Shown here one piece after another: positions 9,811 to 20,013 of a stretch of DNA of 64,000 nucleotides. Source of the stretch: Chlamydiia bacterium (GTDB taxonomy: Bacteria > Chlamydiota > Chlamydiia > Chlamydiales > GCA-2402025); contig JAJACS010000008.1 in assembly GCA_022601395.1 (NCBI GenBank), positions 1,203-65,202 on the forward strand, written 5' to 3'. Within the stretch, counting starts at the first letter, position 1; every line of letters starts with the position of its first letter. The notes under the pieces were generated by a model. It did no database searches, was not told where the DNA came from, and was given only the letters and a program-made list of their open reading frames with translations. Both the position numbers and the translations under genes were made by a program.

Positions 9811-9972
9811 ATGGCTAAGAAGGGCGGCAGGGAAAATATTAAATTAAAAAGTACAGAAAGCTCAGAGTGCTATTGGACAAAGAAGAACAAGAGAAACACT
9901 ACAGAGCGTCTAGAACTTAAAAAGTATGACAAGAAGCTGAGAAAACACGTAGTCTTTAAAGAGGCTAAGTAA
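9811..9972 (+). CDS. rpmG: 50S ribosomal protein L33 (non-zinc-ribbon type), 53 aa
   Basis: Not in the ORF track. [53 protein letters not shown], with an AAGGA SD. Confidence 0.97.
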   Translation: MAKKGGRENIKLKSTESSECYWTKKNKRNTTERLELKKYDKKLRKHVVFKEAK

Positions 9973-10003
9973 GTTTCTCGGGGCTTCAAGAAGAAACTTA
10001 TCT

Positions 10004-12118
10004 ATGTTTGAATTTTTTATCGCGAAAAAGTACTTAGTTCCGAAGAAAAAACAACTTTCCGTTTCTTTGATAGCCCTGATGAGCGTTGCAGTAATCTCAC
10101 TTGTCGTTTGGCTGGTTCTTATCTTTCTTTCTGTAACAGAAGGGATAGAAAAGAACTGGCTAACAAAGCTCACTTCATTGAATGCACCCGTAAGGGTTCT
10201 CCCCTCAAATACATACTACAATTCCTATTACTACAGAGTCGATGAGATCAGCTCTTCATCAGACTATACTAGTAAAAGTCTTGGGGAAAAGCTAAACGCA
10301 GAACTAACGGACCCCTACGATCCAGAAGTGGACGAGGAAGTCCCAGAGCTTTGGCCTAATCTTGAGACGAAAAGTAATGGGAAACCTCTGGATCCTGTGA
10401 AAGAGGCTTTTGCATGTATCAATGAGTTAAAAAAAGAATACCCTAAACTTGTTGCACACGACTATGAGATCGCAGGAGCTCTTATGAAGCTTAAGCTCAT
10501 AAGGCCCATGTCTGCGCAGATCACCTCTACAGGTGATGAAAAGCAAAGCTACCTAACACAGATGTCGTATGTCGCAACCTTTAGCGAGAACAGCCCCTAC
10601 ATGCATAACCTTCTGATCCCCCCGACAAAGGCCGATGTAGAGCACCTTCTTTACTTATCCTCTCTTACCTCTTTCCAAGACGGTTCTTTAAGAACCTCTT
10701 CTGAAGACCTTACACAAAACAGGCTCAAGCAACTATTCTCACACATAAAGATCAACAAGCTAGAATCAAGAGCGCATCACTTCAGGATCTTAAAAGACTA
10801 CCTCAAAGAGAAAGACAGCCTACAAGTTGCAGCATTTAGAAAAAATGGCGCTTATGGTCACTTCCTAGTACCAAACTCTATATCCAAAGAATTTACAAAA
10901 AGCACAAAAGAATCATCTAACATTCTGGAGTATGGAAAAGTAGTAAAGGAAGACGGACATCTTGTTTACTATCCAAACGGATCTAAAAAAAGCTTTATCA
11001 TTGATGATTACGATCTCTTCGTTGAAAACAAACTTGAGATCGATGCAAAGCTTACTGAAGGCTCTTTAGAGGAAGCAAATTTCCTAAGTGATTTAAATTT
11101 CGACATCGAAACAAGTATCCAAAACCTTCAACTAAAAGGTGTCGCTACCTTCAAAGATTTAGATATCTCTAGCATAGATATTAAGAACCACTTTGAAAAG
11201 GCGCCAGCAAGCCCCCCTCTTTGGCCTTACTATTCCAACGGAGCATGTATGCTGCCTTATTTGAATGGAACAGACAATGCAGCTATCCTTCCCAAAAACT
11301 ATAAAGATGCTGGTGTTAGAATCGGTGACAAAGGATTTCTATCTTATAGCGTAGCTACAGCAAATGCTATGCAGGAGCAAAGACTCCCTATCTTTGTAAC
11401 AGGGTTTTATGATCCAGGAATCATGTCTGTTGGAGCAAGATGCATCCTTATGAAAGACGATATCGTCCACCATATAGCAAAAGCATCGAATAGCTTTCTT
11501 ACAGATCCTCTTATGTCAAGTGGTATACAGATCTGGTTTGAAGATCTTGGCAAAACAAAAGAAGTGCACGAAAAGCTCGTAAGACTCTTTAAAGAGCGTG
11601 GCATTGACAAATATTTCACAGTAAAGAATTTCCATCAGTACGAATTTGCAAAAGACCTTATGCAGCAGTTTCAAAGCGATAAGTATCTATTTACCTTGAT
11701 TGGAATCATCATCCTGATTGTTGCCTGCTCAAATATCATCTCTTTCCTCGTTATCATGGTTAATGACAAGAAGAAAGAAATAGGGATCATGCAGTCCATG
11801 GGAGCATCAAGAAAGAGCATAGCTATTATCTTTGCTGTCTGCGGCGTTACACTCGGTTTACTTGGAAGTACTATAGGCACTCTTGCAGCATACCTTACCA
11901 TGCACAATATCGATAGCGTTGTAAACCTGCTTAGTATGCTACAGGGCCATCAAGCTTTCCATGAGAGCTTCTATGGCAGCTCACTTCCAACAAAGCTCAG
12001 CTCTGAAGCTGTCACTTTTATCCTGATCACAACGCCGATTGTTTCAGTACTTGCAGGACTTATCCCAGCAATTAAGGCGTGTGGTGTGAAGCCTGCAAAC
12101 ACCCTGAGGTCAGAATAA
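10004..12118 (+). CDS. LolC/LolE-family lipoprotein-releasing ABC permease with a large periplasmic insertion
   Basis: FEFFIAKKYL N-terminus followed by a TM; C-terminal FtsX-like domain (IVACSNIIS..VNDKKKEIGIMQSMGAS, PA..A..V.PA..LR.E); adjacent to lolD. Confidence 0.9.
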   Translation: MFEFFIAKKYLVPKKKQLSVSLIALMSVAVISLVVWLVLIFLSVTEGIEKNWLTKLTSLNAPVRVLPSNTYYNSYYYRVDEISSSSDYTSKSLGEKLNAELTDPYDPEVDEEVPELWPNLETKSNGKPLDPVKEAFACINELKKEYPKLVAHDYEIAGALMKLKLIRPMSAQITSTGDEKQSYLTQMSYVATFSENSPYMHNLLIPPTKADVEHLLYLSSLTSFQDGSLRTSSEDLTQNRLKQLFSHIKINKLESRAHHFRILKDYLKEKDSLQVAAFRKNGAYGHFLVPNSISKEFTKSTKESSNILEYGKVVKEDGHLVYYPNGSKKSFIIDDYDLFVENKLEIDAKLTEGSLEEANFLSDLNFDIETSIQNLQLKGVATFKDLDISSIDIKNHFEKAPASPPLWPYYSNGACMLPYLNGTDNAAILPKNYKDAGVRIGDKGFLSYSVATANAMQEQRLPIFVTGFYDPGIMSVGARCILMKDDIVHHIAKASNSFLTDPLMSSGIQIWFEDLGKTKEVHEKLVRLFKERGIDKYFTVKNFHQYEFAKDLMQQFQSDKYLFTLIGIIILIVACSNIISFLVIMVNDKKKEIGIMQSMGASRKSIAIIFAVCGVTLGLLGSTIGTLAAYLTMHNIDSVVNLLSMLQGHQAFHESFYGSSLPTKLSSEAVTFILITTPIVSVLAGLIPAIKACGVKPANTLRSE

Positions 12119-12801
12119 TGAATAAAGAGCAGCTTCTTAAAGCATCTCATATCTCAAAGGACTACAAAAGCCCGCAAAAAGTTACGGTGCTAGAAGACGT
12201 TTCACTAAAAGTTCATAGAGGCGAGACTGTTGCTATACTTGGCCCATCAGGAGTTGGCAAAAGCACTCTTCTAAACATTCTTGGAACACTTGAGTCCGAG
12301 ACAAACGGCACTCTAGATATTTTAGGGAGCTCCTCCCCTTTTAGAAACGCAGCTAAAATAAGATCAGAATCCATCGGCTTTATCTTTCAGTCCTATCACC
12401 TACTCAACGAGTACACAACTCTTGAAAACGTTCTTATGCCTGCAAAGATCGCAAGAAAACCTACTCATAAGAATTCAGAAAGCTATAAAAGAGCTCTTAA
12501 TCTTCTTGAGAAAGTTGGCATGACTCATAGAAAGGACCACTTTGCAAAGCTTCTTTCTGGCGGTGAAAAGCAGCGCGTTGCTATCGCAAGAGCTCTTTGC
12601 AATGACCCAGACATCATCCTTGCTGATGAGCCTTCCGGGAACCTCGATGAGCAAAACTCAAGCATCATTCATAACATGCTTGTTGACTGCGCAAAATCCC
12701 TGCAGAAAGCTCTGATCCTTGTGACACACAATCAAGAGCTCGCATCACTTTGTGACGTTCGCTATTTACTAAGAGAAGGCAAGCTAGAATCTCTTTCTTA
12801 A
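12118..12801 (+). CDS. lolD: Lipoprotein-releasing ABC transporter ATPase LolD
   Basis: [38 protein letters not shown] 12118 overlaps the upstream stop. Confidence 0.9.
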   Translation: MNKEQLLKASHISKDYKSPQKVTVLEDVSLKVHRGETVAILGPSGVGKSTLLNILGTLESETNGTLDILGSSSPFRNAAKIRSESIGFIFQSYHLLNEYTTLENVLMPAKIARKPTHKNSESYKRALNLLEKVGMTHRKDHFAKLLSGGEKQRVAIARALCNDPDIILADEPSGNLDEQNSSIIHNMLVDCAKSLQKALILVTHNQELASLCDVRYLLREGKLESLS

Positions 12802-12885
12802 ATTCCCATTTTTTTTACTCCGAATAATTCTTTTTTATGTAAAATAACGACGAAAGCGTCATCGCTAATCTCAGGGAGAATCGAT

Positions 12886-14226
12886 ATGGATATTCTTGTT
12901 ATTGGAACAGGATATGTTGGACTTGTTACTGGAGCTTGTTTTGCTGAAGTTGGACACAACGTCATATGCTTAGACATTGATGAAGAAAAAATCGAACAGC
13001 TAAACCAAGGGATCGTTTCCATCTACGAACCTGGCTTACAAAAACTTACTAAGAAAAATCTGGATAGCGGCAACCTTACCTTCACAACGGACTACAAAAA
13101 AGCAACTAGTCAAACAGAGATTGCTTTTATCTGTGTTCCAACACCTTCACAAGATGATGGTAGCGCTAACCTTAACTACCTAAATAGTGCGCTGGATTCT
13201 TATGCAGAAGCTCTTGACGGATACAAACTCATCGCCATTAAATCAACAGTACCTCCTGGAACATCTGAGCATGTTAAAGCCCACCTGCAAGAAAAGTTAA
13301 ACAGCCTCGGAAAAGGATATGAGTTCGACATCCTATCTAACCCAGAGTTCTTGAGAGAAGGCTGCGCTTTGCATGATTGCATGAACCCCGACCGCATCAT
13401 CGTTGGCTGCGAGAAAGAATCGATACAGTCTGTTGTCCAAAATCTATACAAACCATTTGGCATTAAAGAAGACCATATCCTCTTTATGGACCACTGCTCT
13501 TCTGAGATGACAAAGTATGCAGCAAACGCAATGCTTGCAACTAGAATTTCCTTCATGAACGAGCTCTCAGGACTGTGTGAGAACCTTGGCGCAAACATTG
13601 AATCCATAAGAAAAGGGATCGGAAGCGATTTAAGAATCGGCTCTCAATTCCTTTATGCAGGGGCGGGTTTTGGCGGCTCTTGTTTCCCAAAAGACATCAG
13701 AGCCCTAAGAGCTAAAGCTAAAAGCACAGAATACAAAACGCCCATGCTCGATGCTGTTGAAACGACAAACGAAAATCAGAAAAAGCTTCTTGCAAAGAAG
13801 ATTAAAAACTACTTTGAAAGTAGCGGAGGCGTAAAAGGAAAAACAATCGCTGTCTGGGGAATCTCTTTTAAGCCTGATACTGATGACATCAGAGAAGCTC
13901 CTTCTCTTGACCTTATCAAAGAACTAAAAACGCAAGGAGCAGTCCTCAGAGTTTATGATCCAGCAGCTATGAGCAATGCAAAAACACATCTTGGATCTGC
14001 GGAGTCTATTATCTACTGCCAAGATGAGTACCACGCAGCTGAAGGCGCAGATGCTATCGCTCTTATCACAGAGTGGAACCACTTTAAAGTCGCAAATCTC
14101 GATGAGATACTATCTAAAATGAAAGGCAATGCCCTCTTTGATGGCAGGAACCAATTTTGCACAAACAAAATGAGCAAAAAAGGTTTTAATTATTTTGCAA
14201 TCGGCATCCCAAAGATAGAAGCATGA
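12886..14226 (+). CDS. ugd: UDP-glucose 6-dehydrogenase
   Basis: IGTGYVGLV, KSTVPPGT, SNPEFLREG, GFGGSCFPKD, SFKPDTDDIREAP. Confidence 0.96.
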   Translation: MDILVIGTGYVGLVTGACFAEVGHNVICLDIDEEKIEQLNQGIVSIYEPGLQKLTKKNLDSGNLTFTTDYKKATSQTEIAFICVPTPSQDDGSANLNYLNSALDSYAEALDGYKLIAIKSTVPPGTSEHVKAHLQEKLNSLGKGYEFDILSNPEFLREGCALHDCMNPDRIIVGCEKESIQSVVQNLYKPFGIKEDHILFMDHCSSEMTKYAANAMLATRISFMNELSGLCENLGANIESIRKGIGSDLRIGSQFLYAGAGFGGSCFPKDIRALRAKAKSTEYKTPMLDAVETTNENQKKLLAKKIKNYFESSGGVKGKTIAVWGISFKPDTDDIREAPSLDLIKELKTQGAVLRVYDPAAMSNAKTHLGSAESIIYCQDEYHAAEGADAIALITEWNHFKVANLDEILSKMKGNALFDGRNQFCTNKMSKKGFNYFAIGIPKIEA

Positions 14227-15125
14227 GCGACACTAAATTACTAAAAGAGACTTATCTAAATTTAATCAACCATAGACTAAGTGAGCTGACTGACTTTAAA
14301 CCACTTCCTCAAAAAGAGCTTTTTGAGGCTGCAAAGTACTCTTTACTAGCACCGGGTAAGCGATTAAGGCCTTTATTTGTTCTTTCTGTCCTTCACGGCT
14401 ATGGAATTCCACTTCAACTTGGACTCGACCCTGCCTGCTCAATCGAAATGATCCACACCTACTCTCTTATCCACGATGATCTTCCCTGTATGGATAATGA
14501 TGATCTAAGAAGAGGTCGCCCAACCCTGCATAAAGTATATCCAGAAGGACTTGCTGTACTCGTAGGAGACTTCCTTCTTACCTACGCTTTTGAGATTTTA
14601 ACCTCTTCAGCAAAACTCTCAAACGCACAAAAAGTCGATCTGATTACAGTGCTTTCTAAAAGATCTGGTGCAAATGGTATGATTGGCGGACAGGTTGTTG
14701 ATCTTGCCTCAGAAGGACAATCGATCGGATGGGATACTTTGCATTTCATGCACCTACATAAAACAGCAGCTCTTTTCACTGCCTGCTTTGAGTTTGGCGG
14801 CATTTTAGCAGATGTTCCAAAAGTAGATAAAGCCTCTCTTCTAAGCTGCGGCAGAGCCCTTGGTGTAGCATTCCAAGTGATTGACGACCTTTTAGACGAG
14901 CCCTCTCAAGAAATCGGCTCAGACTTTGCAAAAGAAAAGGCGACGACTGTTTCCATGCTCGGTTTAAAAAAGTCAGAAGAAAAAGCAATACTCCTTCTTG
15001 ATGAAGCACTTGCTTCTGCAAAGAAGCTATCTAAGTCTTGCCCGCTGCTTGAAGCTCTTATCAAAGAGCTCTATACCTTTATTCCGCGTGAGCGCTGCAA
15101 GGTCTCTATACCTAAAAACAGCTGA
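14223..15125 (+). CDS. ispA: Polyprenyl (farnesyl/geranylgeranyl) diphosphate synthase
   Basis: GKRLRP, EMIHTYSLIHDDLPCMDNDDLRRGRPT, GGQ..D, KTA, FQVIDDLLD. Confidence 0.93.
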   Translation: MSDTKLLKETYLNLINHRLSELTDFKPLPQKELFEAAKYSLLAPGKRLRPLFVLSVLHGYGIPLQLGLDPACSIEMIHTYSLIHDDLPCMDNDDLRRGRPTLHKVYPEGLAVLVGDFLLTYAFEILTSSAKLSNAQKVDLITVLSKRSGANGMIGGQVVDLASEGQSIGWDTLHFMHLHKTAALFTACFEFGGILADVPKVDKASLLSCGRALGVAFQVIDDLLDEPSQEIGSDFAKEKATTVSMLGLKKSEEKAILLLDEALASAKKLSKSCPLLEALIKELYTFIPRERCKVSIPKNS

Positions 15126-15162
15126 AAGCTATAAAACTCAGTCTATTGATTTTTTTAGAAAT

Positions 15163-15194
15163 AAAAAAAGAGCAAGGCTTTTACTCCTTGCTCT
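15163..15194 (-). terminator. Intrinsic terminator of the 15231-15941 gene
   Basis: AGAGCAAGG-N8-CCTTGCTCT stem preceded by an A-run, which is a U-tract on the minus strand. Confidence 0.75.
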
Positions 15195-15230
15195 ATAGTA
15201 AAAATCCCTGAAGGATATTTGATCTTGCTT

Positions 15231-15941
15231 CTAGTTCTGTGTATCTTGCGCACTTAGAGCTAAGCTTCTTGTTGCTAGGAATGAATTAAGCGATAGCTTT
15301 ATATCTTCGTTTTCGCAGCAAGAAAGCTCATCTCTAATTTCTTTGACATACACCAAAGCTCCCTCTTCATTCTCTTCAAAAAGTGTATTATAGTAAGGTG
15401 AGTCAGCTTTCCAAAGACCAGAAAAAGTAGTCATAGTGTTCAGATATTCTTGAACTGAAGCCTTTACTTTACTACCCACGATTGCAGCTCCGTAGATTCT
15501 AGGCAGCAACTCGCTCAAAATTTGGCCATGTTCTTTTGCAAACAACCTGATACAATCTTTGTTACCATTTCTTGTTAATATTTGAATATTGAATGCAAGA
15601 GTGTACCTACTCCCAAAATATGGATGCTCAACAACACGATTTTGAATTTCCTCTAAACTAGATAAAATTTTTCCTTGTATAAATCTTCGCGCCTGCTTTT
15701 CAACATCATTGGAAGGTTGTTCTACCCATATCTTAAGAGCTTCTTTAAAAGTATCAGTTTTTTTCGACACTAAGAAGCTTAATATAGTTCGCACTGTAGA
15801 TCTATACAAATTGGCAATAGTAGCAAGACACTTTCTTGCAATAGTAACAACTCTCTCTGTAATTTCACTTACTTTTGCAGTCACGTTTTGCATAGAAAAG
15901 TACGTGCTTGTATTGAGGTTTACAGGACTTATTGAGGGCAT
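15231..15941 (-). CDS. Hypothetical orphan protein, candidate type III secreted effector
   Basis: 236-aa ORF with GGAG SD and its own terminator; N-terminus MPSISPVNLNTST is typical of chlamydial T3SS substrates. Confidence 0.75.
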   Translation of the reverse strand: MPSISPVNLNTSTYFSMQNVTAKVSEITERVVTIARKCLATIANLYRSTVRTILSFLVSKKTDTFKEALKIWVEQPSNDVEKQARRFIQGKILSSLEEIQNRVVEHPYFGSRYTLAFNIQILTRNGNKDCIRLFAKEHGQILSELLPRIYGAAIVGSKVKASVQEYLNTMTTFSGLWKADSPYYNTLFEENEEGALVYVKEIRDELSCCENEDIKLSLNSFLATRSLALSAQDTQN

Positions 15942-16156
15942 AAAAAATCTCCAATAATGAACAAACTCGAAAGAATTATAACTAAGCTAACCAATCAATT
16001 CTATAAACATCTACTTATAATATATACTCAAAATATAGCAAAATTAAACACTTGGATAGAAGGAGTAGGGCGGGAATTGCAGAAAATAAAAAACTATTGA
16101 TTTGAGATCCTCATTTTTCTAATATCCAATCTCCTTACATATTAAGCGCAGAGCAC

Positions 16157-16804
16157 ATGGAAAAAACCCTTCAGCAGGAAACAACTTCTTTGTATCCTAT
16201 CTGCAAAAGATGCTTTGATGTCATCTTTAGCATATGCGTCCTTACGCTTTTATCCCCTCTACTTCTTGTTATCGCGCTCTTGATCAAGACGACTTCAAAA
16301 GGCAGTGTTCTATATCGAAGCTATAGAATCGGAAAAGACTATAAGAAAATCTACTGCCTTAAGTTCCGTACAATGTACGTAGATGCTGACGCTAGACTAA
16401 ATGCTCTTCTTGAAAAATCCCCGGAACTAAAAGAGGAGTGGCAAAAGTATCAAAAACTTAAAAAGGACCCAAGAGTTACTTTTATAGGGAAAATATTGAG
16501 AAAGGCATCCCTTGATGAGTTCCCTCAGTTTTTTGACGTAATCAAAGGCGATCTAAGCGTTGTTGGGCCAAGACCCTTTTGCGAAAATCAAATCGATGAT
16601 TACCTTGGAGCAAAAGCTCCGAAGTTTCTGTCGATAAAACCGGGTATTACCGGTATCTGGCAAGTCTCTGGGAGAAACCTTCTTACATTCAAAGAAAGAA
16701 TGGTTCTTGAAGAGGCTTACATAGAGAACTTATCTTTTCATAAAGACCTCGTGATTATTCTAAAAACAGTCCCTGCTGTGATTTTTCCAAAAGGAGCTTT
16801 CTGA
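16157..16804 (+). CDS. Bacterial sugar transferase (WbaP/WcaJ-type polyprenyl-phosphate phosphoglycosyltransferase domain)
   Basis: KRCFDVIFS, KFRTM, DPRVT.IG.ILRKASLDEFPQ, SVVGPRP, KPGITGIWQVSGRN. Confidence 0.93.
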   Translation: MEKTLQQETTSLYPICKRCFDVIFSICVLTLLSPLLLVIALLIKTTSKGSVLYRSYRIGKDYKKIYCLKFRTMYVDADARLNALLEKSPELKEEWQKYQKLKKDPRVTFIGKILRKASLDEFPQFFDVIKGDLSVVGPRPFCENQIDDYLGAKAPKFLSIKPGITGIWQVSGRNLLTFKERMVLEEAYIENLSFHKDLVIILKTVPAVIFPKGAF

Positions 16805-17325
16805 TGAAAAAGCACAAAGCCCTTATCTTTTTTTGTGTAGCGAGTTTCTTCGCGCTCTTTAGCCGGGCTTTTCTCCCAAACCTTCCTATTTTGGCCTATA
16901 GCCCATACCTCGCCTTTGTCTTTATCTCTAAGCCCCTTCTTAAAGCGTTGTGGCATAGCTTTTTCTGCGGACTTATTATTGACTGCACTCAGAGTTATCT
17001 GCCATTTGGTTTTTGTTCAATCGCCTACTGCATCATCACAGTCATCCTCTACAAGCAAAAATGGACCATTTTTGAGGACAATTCTTTTTCTTTATCAATT
17101 TTTGCAGGAAGCTTCTCTTTTCTTTTTTCATCCATGCAAATCACTGTCATGTATTTTAGAAAGATCCCTCTTGCACTCTCCTCCAGCTATTTTGTAAAAG
17201 AGCTTCTTCTAATGCCGTTTGTTGATGCCATCTATGCATTTACTTGTTTTACATCACTTTTTTTAGTAGTAGCCTATATAAAAAAGAATCGGTTTCCCTT
17301 TTTTTTACTTAAAAAGCTACAATAA
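16804..17325 (+). CDS. Membrane protein, MreD-like
   Basis: About 5 hydrophobic segments; FFCGLIIDC..YLPFG...IAY resembles the MreD G(L/I)..D....(P/L)G....Y motif. Confidence 0.55.
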   Translation: MKKHKALIFFCVASFFALFSRAFLPNLPILAYSPYLAFVFISKPLLKALWHSFFCGLIIDCTQSYLPFGFCSIAYCIITVILYKQKWTIFEDNSFSLSIFAGSFSFLFSSMQITVMYFRKIPLALSSSYFVKELLLMPFVDAIYAFTCFTSLFLVVAYIKKNRFPFFLLKKLQ

Positions 17326-17358
17326 CGTTTGGAGTAATAGCTTTTTATTAGGTGCTTT

Positions 17359-18195
17359 ATGCAGCAGGATGTAGATATCCCTAACATGCTTTTATCAAGG
17401 CTTACGAGTATCGCTATTTTAGCGGCCCAAACAGCCGGAGAGGTTTTGAAGAGAGGCTTTGATACAACTCTCGTTACAAGCTCAAAAGAAGGTAAACACA
17501 ACCTTTGTACAGACTATGATGAAAAACTCGAAAAACTGATCATCGCTTTTATAAAGGATCATTTCCCTGAGCATACTTTTCTAGGAGAGGAGTTCGGTGC
17601 TCATGGCAATAATCCACAGGCGATACAGTGGATCATCGATCCTATTGATGGCACAGTAAACTTTGCTCATAGTATCCCCATTTTTGCAATAAGCATCGCA
17701 GCTACATTCAACGGAAAAACACTCAGCGGCGTTATCTTTAACCCCATGACAAATGAACTCTTTGTAGCAGAGAAAGGCTCCGGCGCTTATCTAAACGGTA
17801 GTAAGCTAAAAGTCTCAAAAACAACTACCCTATCAGATAGCTTTCTTGCAACAGGCTTCCCTTATAACACCCATGAAAATCCAAGGGGCTGTATCAACCA
17901 CTTTATGGCTTTTGCAAAGCTTGGGATCCCCATAAGAAGGCTCGGATCGGCAGCTCTTGATCTCGCCTATGTTGCCGCTGGAAGATATGACGGCTTTTGG
18001 GAGGTCTCTTTAAAACCTTGGGACTTTGCTGTAGGATGCCTACTAGTCGAGGAAGCTGGTGGACAAATCACAGACTACGACAATGCTCCTATCACAACAG
18101 ATACAGAAACAAGCATCGTTGCATCTAATGGTCACATCCAAGATCATATAGTTAATTTCTTAAAAAATAACACTTGCGATGCTCATGATCATTGA
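17359..18195 (+). CDS. suhB: Inositol monophosphatase family protein
   Basis: FLGEE, WIIDPIDGTVNFAH, RRLGSAALDLAYVAAGRYDG, KPWD. Confidence 0.93.
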   Translation: MQQDVDIPNMLLSRLTSIAILAAQTAGEVLKRGFDTTLVTSSKEGKHNLCTDYDEKLEKLIIAFIKDHFPEHTFLGEEFGAHGNNPQAIQWIIDPIDGTVNFAHSIPIFAISIAATFNGKTLSGVIFNPMTNELFVAEKGSGAYLNGSKLKVSKTTTLSDSFLATGFPYNTHENPRGCINHFMAFAKLGIPIRRLGSAALDLAYVAAGRYDGFWEVSLKPWDFAVGCLLVEEAGGQITDYDNAPITTDTETSIVASNGHIQDHIVNFLKNNTCDAHDH

Positions 18196-19036
18196 TGGAA
18201 AGCGCCTTGCTAATAACATCATGCAAGACCTAAAAACTCAGATAGAAAAAGAAAAGGCCAAACCAGGCCTTGCTTTTATCTTGATAGGCGAAGACCCTGC
18301 CTCCGAAACCTATGTCCGCATGAAGAAAAAAGCATGTGAAAATCATGGGTTTGTTTCTCATATTATCAAACTTACTGAAAAGGTCTCTGAAAATGACCTC
18401 CTTGCAAAAATTGAAGAAGTAAACAAAGACAGCAGTATCCACGGACTACTCGTTCAACAGCCGATTCCCAAACATATCTCTACAACAAAAGTGATGCATG
18501 CAGTAGCCCCAAGTAAAGATGTGGACGGCTTCCATCCTATGAATATGGGTAAACTTCTTCTTGGTGAAGACGACGGTTTTTTCCCATGCACCCCCTTTGG
18601 CATCACAAAACTTTTTGATCACGAAAAAATAGAAACAGCTTCAAAACATGTTGTGATTATTGGCAGAAGCAATATTGTCGGTAAACCACTTGCAGCTCTT
18701 CTCATGCAAAAAAAGTCATATGGTAACGCTACTGTTACTGTTGTTCATAGAGGCACAAAAAACATAAAAAGTATTTGCAAAACTGCTGATATTCTCGTAG
18801 CAGCTATTGGAAAACCTCACTTCGTAACAAAAGATTTTGTGAAGGATGGCGCAGTTGTTATTGATGTTGGAATCAACAGAGTAAAATCTGATGGCAAAGT
18901 AAAAGTTGTTGGAGATGTAGATTTCTCATCTGTAGAAGCTTCTGTATCAAAAATCACACCCGTTCCTGGCGGCGTTGGCCCCATGACTATTGCCATGCTT
19001 CTATACAACACATACAAAAGCTTCAAATGCTCATGA
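18179..19036 (+). CDS. folD: Methylenetetrahydrofolate dehydrogenase/cyclohydrolase
   Basis: YVRMK, KDVDGFHPMN, PCTP, GRSNIVGKP, VIDVGINR, TPVPGGVGPMT. Confidence 0.97.
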   Translation: MLMIIDGKRLANNIMQDLKTQIEKEKAKPGLAFILIGEDPASETYVRMKKKACENHGFVSHIIKLTEKVSENDLLAKIEEVNKDSSIHGLLVQQPIPKHISTTKVMHAVAPSKDVDGFHPMNMGKLLLGEDDGFFPCTPFGITKLFDHEKIETASKHVVIIGRSNIVGKPLAALLMQKKSYGNATVTVVHRGTKNIKSICKTADILVAAIGKPHFVTKDFVKDGAVVIDVGINRVKSDGKVKVVGDVDFSSVEASVSKITPVPGGVGPMTIAMLLYNTYKSFKCS

Positions 19037-20013
19037 AAGTTTTTATTCTACTTACAGCTTTTCTCTTTCTTAGCAGCTGCTCTAAAACACATCGAACTAC
19101 TCTTCATGAAGTCAAAGGCCTTGCATTTACAATGCCCTACAAGGTTCTTGTAGAAGGGATCGACCATGACAAGGTTAAAGAAGTTCTACAAGAACTTGTA
19201 AAAGAGGTTTTTGATGAAATAAACCGTACTTATAATCACTGGAACAGCGATTCCTTCCTATCTGTAATCAACAAGACAAAATCAAACACTTCTTTTGAGA
19301 TTTCAGAAGATTTTCATAAAGTCCTTATGGTTGCAAAAGATATCTATGAGCTTTCTGATGGAGTTTATGATCCTACTCTAAAACCTCTTATTTCTTTATG
19401 GAAAAGCTCTCTTGAGACTGGCAAAACAATCTCTCAAGAAAAACTTCAAGAACTACGCTACGGTTTTGAAAAGATCGCCTTCTCTAATAACATTATGCAG
19501 AAAATTGACCCCAGCATAGAGATCGATTTTGATAGCCTCATCAAGGGCCACCTTGTAGACCTTATCTGTGAAAAGCTTAACAAACACGGTTTTGTTAACT
19601 ATTTTGTAGATTTTTCAGGAGATATTAGAGCACATGGTAAGCACCCATCTAAAAGAGCATGGAGCGTAGGTGTCTTAAGTGCTAAAAATCAGGGAGAGTG
19701 TGAAATGTCTCCCTTAACGCTTAATAATGCTGCTATTGCCACTAGTGGATCCACAACTCAAAGATGGCTTACAGAAAAGTGTGGAATTGTAACGCATATT
19801 ATCAACCCTAGGACAAAAGCTCCCATAAGTGTTGATGAAAAAAAAATCGCTACAGTTACTGTAAAAGCAAAAACATGCATCATTGCTGATGCTTTAGCTA
19901 CTGCTGCTTTTGCATACGAAGACTTAGACACCCTAAATAGCTTCATTGATAAAGTTAAAAAATCCCATGAAGATGTAGATTTTATTGTTACCATGTATGA
20001 GAAGGACTATTGA
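19033..20013 (+). CDS. apbE: FAD:protein FMN transferase ApbE (lipoprotein)
   Basis: Lipobox LSSC, YDPT..PL..LW, D..S..KG..VD, AIATSG, HIINPRT, ADALATA. Confidence 0.9.
   Translation: MKVFILLTAFLFLSSCSKTHRTTLHEVKGLAFTMPYKVLVEGIDHDKVKEVLQELVKEVFDEINRTYNHWNSDSFLSVINKTKSNTSFEISEDFHKVLMVAKDIYELSDGVYDPTLKPLISLWKSSLETGKTISQEKLQELRYGFEKIAFSNNIMQKIDPSIEIDFDSLIKGHLVDLICEKLNKHGFVNYFVDFSGDIRAHGKHPSKRAWSVGVLSAKNQGECEMSPLTLNNAAIATSGSTTQRWLTEKCGIVTHIINPRTKAPISVDEKKIATVTVKAKTCIIADALATAAFAYEDLDTLNSFIDKVKKSHEDVDFIVTMYEKDY

Noticed and set aside
9910-10173. Minus-strand 87-aa ORF and the many other short overlapping ORFs in the track
   Set aside because: They overlap well-supported genes (here rpmG and the Lol permease) and show no SD or recognisable motifs.
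10004-12118. Unusually long LolC/E permease
   Set aside because: Long periplasmic insertions in this gene next to rpmG and lolD are usual in chlamydiae, as far as I recall.
15942-16156. Possible tRNA or structured ncRNA in this and other long intergenic regions (31358-31615, 45679-45835)
   Set aside because: No cloverleaf, T-loop GTTCRA or stable GC stems seen; the regions read as AT-rich promoter DNA.
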